64,000 bases of DNA. Source: Desulfocapsaceae bacterium. GTDB lineage: Bacteria; Desulfobacterota; Desulfobulbia; Desulfobulbales; Desulfocapsaceae. The translations under genes were made by a program, and so were the position numbers. The notes under the pieces were generated by a model that was not told where the DNA came from, did no database searches, and saw only the letters and a program-made list of their open reading frames with translations. Positions 62,435-64,000 of this stretch are shown here, piece by piece. Location of the stretch: positions 4,282 to 68,281 of the forward strand of contig JAUSAB010000023.1 in the NCBI GenBank assembly GCA_030653035.1. Direction: 5' to 3'. Every line of letters begins with the position of its first letter. The stretch's first letter is position 1.

Positions 62435-63443
62435 CCGCCTAGATCGTTTGTCAGCACGCCGTACAGATTCAACTATAATTACAGCTAAACTTCTCAACGA
62501 AGCATACAAGGGATTAAGTCAGAGTGAGTCTGTACGATATATTATCGGAGCAATGCAATCGATTGATCCTGAATACACAAAAAACACTTATGCCCAGGGT
62601 GAGCGTGTATGCAATCAACTACGTAATCGCTTAACCACTACTTGTGGATATGAATACCAAGGCTCAGTCACAAATGATACTCATATCAAGGCGAAAAGTG
62701 ACATCGATGTTCTTTTGTTAATTGATAAATTTATTGGTCTAGAAAAACCCCAAGAGCCAAAGAACTCTTATAAAGGTGACCCAATTCAAGATCTTGTTGA
62801 CCTCCGTGCAGAAGCAATTACAAAGCTTAAAGCTGCATTCCCCGAGGCAACTGTCGACTCTAGTGGTAGCAAATCAATAGCAGTTGAAGGAGGCTCATTG
62901 CGGCGCAAAGTCGATGTTGTGCCATCTAATTGGTACAATACGAACCGATATACTACAACAGGGGATAAAATCTATAGAGGTGTTCAGATTCTTGATGCAA
63001 GTAAACGAGTTAGATTGAAAAACACTCCTTTTCTGCATAACGCATGGATTGGACATAAGGACAAAATCACAAATGGAGGTCTGAGAAAAGCGGCACGCCT
63101 CTTAAAATCATTAAAGTACGACTCAGAGTCAATTGATCTCTCAAGTTATGATCTGGTTTCTCTTGCATTCAATATTCCAGACAATGAATTGAATGTGCCA
63201 CATGGTATGGAATTAACAATTCTTAATTCATGTCACAATTTTTGTTCGGAGTTGCAACAAAATCGTCTCAAAAGGGAGTCTTTGGAGGTGCCGGATAAAC
63301 ACCGAAAAATATTCACAGAGGGTCATGCGACACTAAACGGTTTGAATCAACTTGTAGCTGAATTGGAAAGTCTGGTTAAGGATGTGCTCACTGAAAACCA
63401 ACGTTCATTCAAGAAACTTGCTGAGGCAAGAGTTGAATATTAA
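62424..63443 (+). CDS. SMODS-type cGAS/DncV-like nucleotidyltransferase (CD-NTase) of a type I CBASS
   Basis: Pol-beta NTase signature QGSVTNDTHIKAKSDIDVLLL (GS...DxD) plus a third acidic residue in RRKVDVVPSNWY. 339 aa. It is adjacent to the 2TM effector. Confidence 0.7.
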   Translation: MIINRLDRLSARRTDSTIITAKLLNEAYKGLSQSESVRYIIGAMQSIDPEYTKNTYAQGERVCNQLRNRLTTTCGYEYQGSVTNDTHIKAKSDIDVLLLIDKFIGLEKPQEPKNSYKGDPIQDLVDLRAEAITKLKAAFPEATVDSSGSKSIAVEGGSLRRKVDVVPSNWYNTNRYTTTGDKIYRGVQILDASKRVRLKNTPFLHNAWIGHKDKITNGGLRKAARLLKSLKYDSESIDLSSYDLVSLAFNIPDNELNVPHGMELTILNSCHNFCSELQQNRLKRESLEVPDKHRKIFTEGHATLNGLNQLVAELESLVKDVLTENQRSFKKLAEARVEY

Positions 63444-63590
63444 TAAAACGAAGGGTAACCAAAAAATCAGCGTACGGCAAGAACACATGCGGCGTTGAGA
63501 CGTCAATTTTTTTGGCACCGCCGCTGATTCAGGTCGTTAACCCCAAAAAAACGTGTATTCCATAGTGGGCATGATTACTCAAAAAATGAA

Positions 63591-63872
63591 ATGAAAGTGA
63601 CGCCTGAAATAATTGCCAAAATCATCAACTCCTTTGGACTCGGAGTTGATATTGTCGGAGCCTGTCTTGTCGCCTGGGATGTTTTTGTTCAAAACAAGTA
63701 CAATAAATACAATGCCCAGATGTTTGACGACATTGGTTCCCAGCCTAAAATTAACCCAGAATATGAAAGAGCAGAAAATATCAAATACCAAAAAATGAAA
63801 ATTGGACTTGTAATGATGGCCTTTGGGTTTTTGTTTCAACTATTTTCAAACTGGACGTGCCTATTCTTTTAA
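63591..63872 (+). CDS. Hypothetical 93-aa protein with two predicted TM helices
   Basis: Hydrophobic segments GLGVDIVGACLVAWDVFV and IGLVMMAFGFLFQLF. A competing antisense ORF (63579-63839) cannot be excluded. Confidence 0.3.
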   Translation: MKVTPEIIAKIINSFGLGVDIVGACLVAWDVFVQNKYNKYNAQMFDDIGSQPKINPEYERAENIKYQKMKIGLVMMAFGFLFQLFSNWTCLFF

Positions 63873-64000
63873 TAAAAGTACTATGCAAAAGAGCGAAAAA
63901 CTCAGGGACAGAAAAACTCAGGGCCAGGTCTTGCAATCACACAAAAAATAAACAACCTAGCGATAATTGTTTTATTGCAAGACTTGCCCCCCACATGTGA

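Overview
A 64 kb bacterial chromosomal window with densely packed genes. About 57 kb is moderately GC-rich core. The last ~7 kb, downstream of two tRNA genes, looks clearly more AT-rich by eye. Gene content suggests an anaerobic, Desulfobulbales-like deltaproteobacterium (sigma-54 two-component systems, RACo plus AcsE-type Wood-Ljungdahl genes, CbbQ/CbbO, a PAS kinase); this is inference only. Well-supported housekeeping genes include lon, mltG, plsY, prmA, htpG, pcm, pyk, a class II DAHP synthase, an RND efflux pair, an ABC-F ATPase, an RNase H1 and tRNA-Asn/tRNA-Pro. There are two accessory regions. (1) 27.5-33.3 kb holds a 1199-aa single-gene STAND NTPase with an N-terminal Mrr-like PD-(D/E)xK nuclease motif and a C-terminal array of 36-aa repeats, six of them near-identical at the DNA level. 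This is my top candidate for an Avs/NLR-like antiphage system. It is followed by a YefM/YoeB toxin-antitoxin pair and decayed gene fragments. (2) 57.0-64.0 kb is an island next to tRNA-Pro with umuD, a truncated umuC, an IS4-family element with duplicated terminal motifs, a phage lysis remnant (DUF1353 plus SleB-like hydrolase) and a minimal type I CBASS (2TM beta-rich Cap15-like effector plus SMODS CD-NTase). Two core-region items also deserve a second look. One is a 1083-aa radical-SAM / ArsM-like methyltransferase / Cys-rich fusion protein. The other is an overlapping PEP-utilising dikinase-like and dual-specificity phosphatase gene pair at the head of a sigma-54 signalling cluster. I saw no rRNA or CRISPR array. 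All calls come from reading the translations and sequence by eye; no database search was run.
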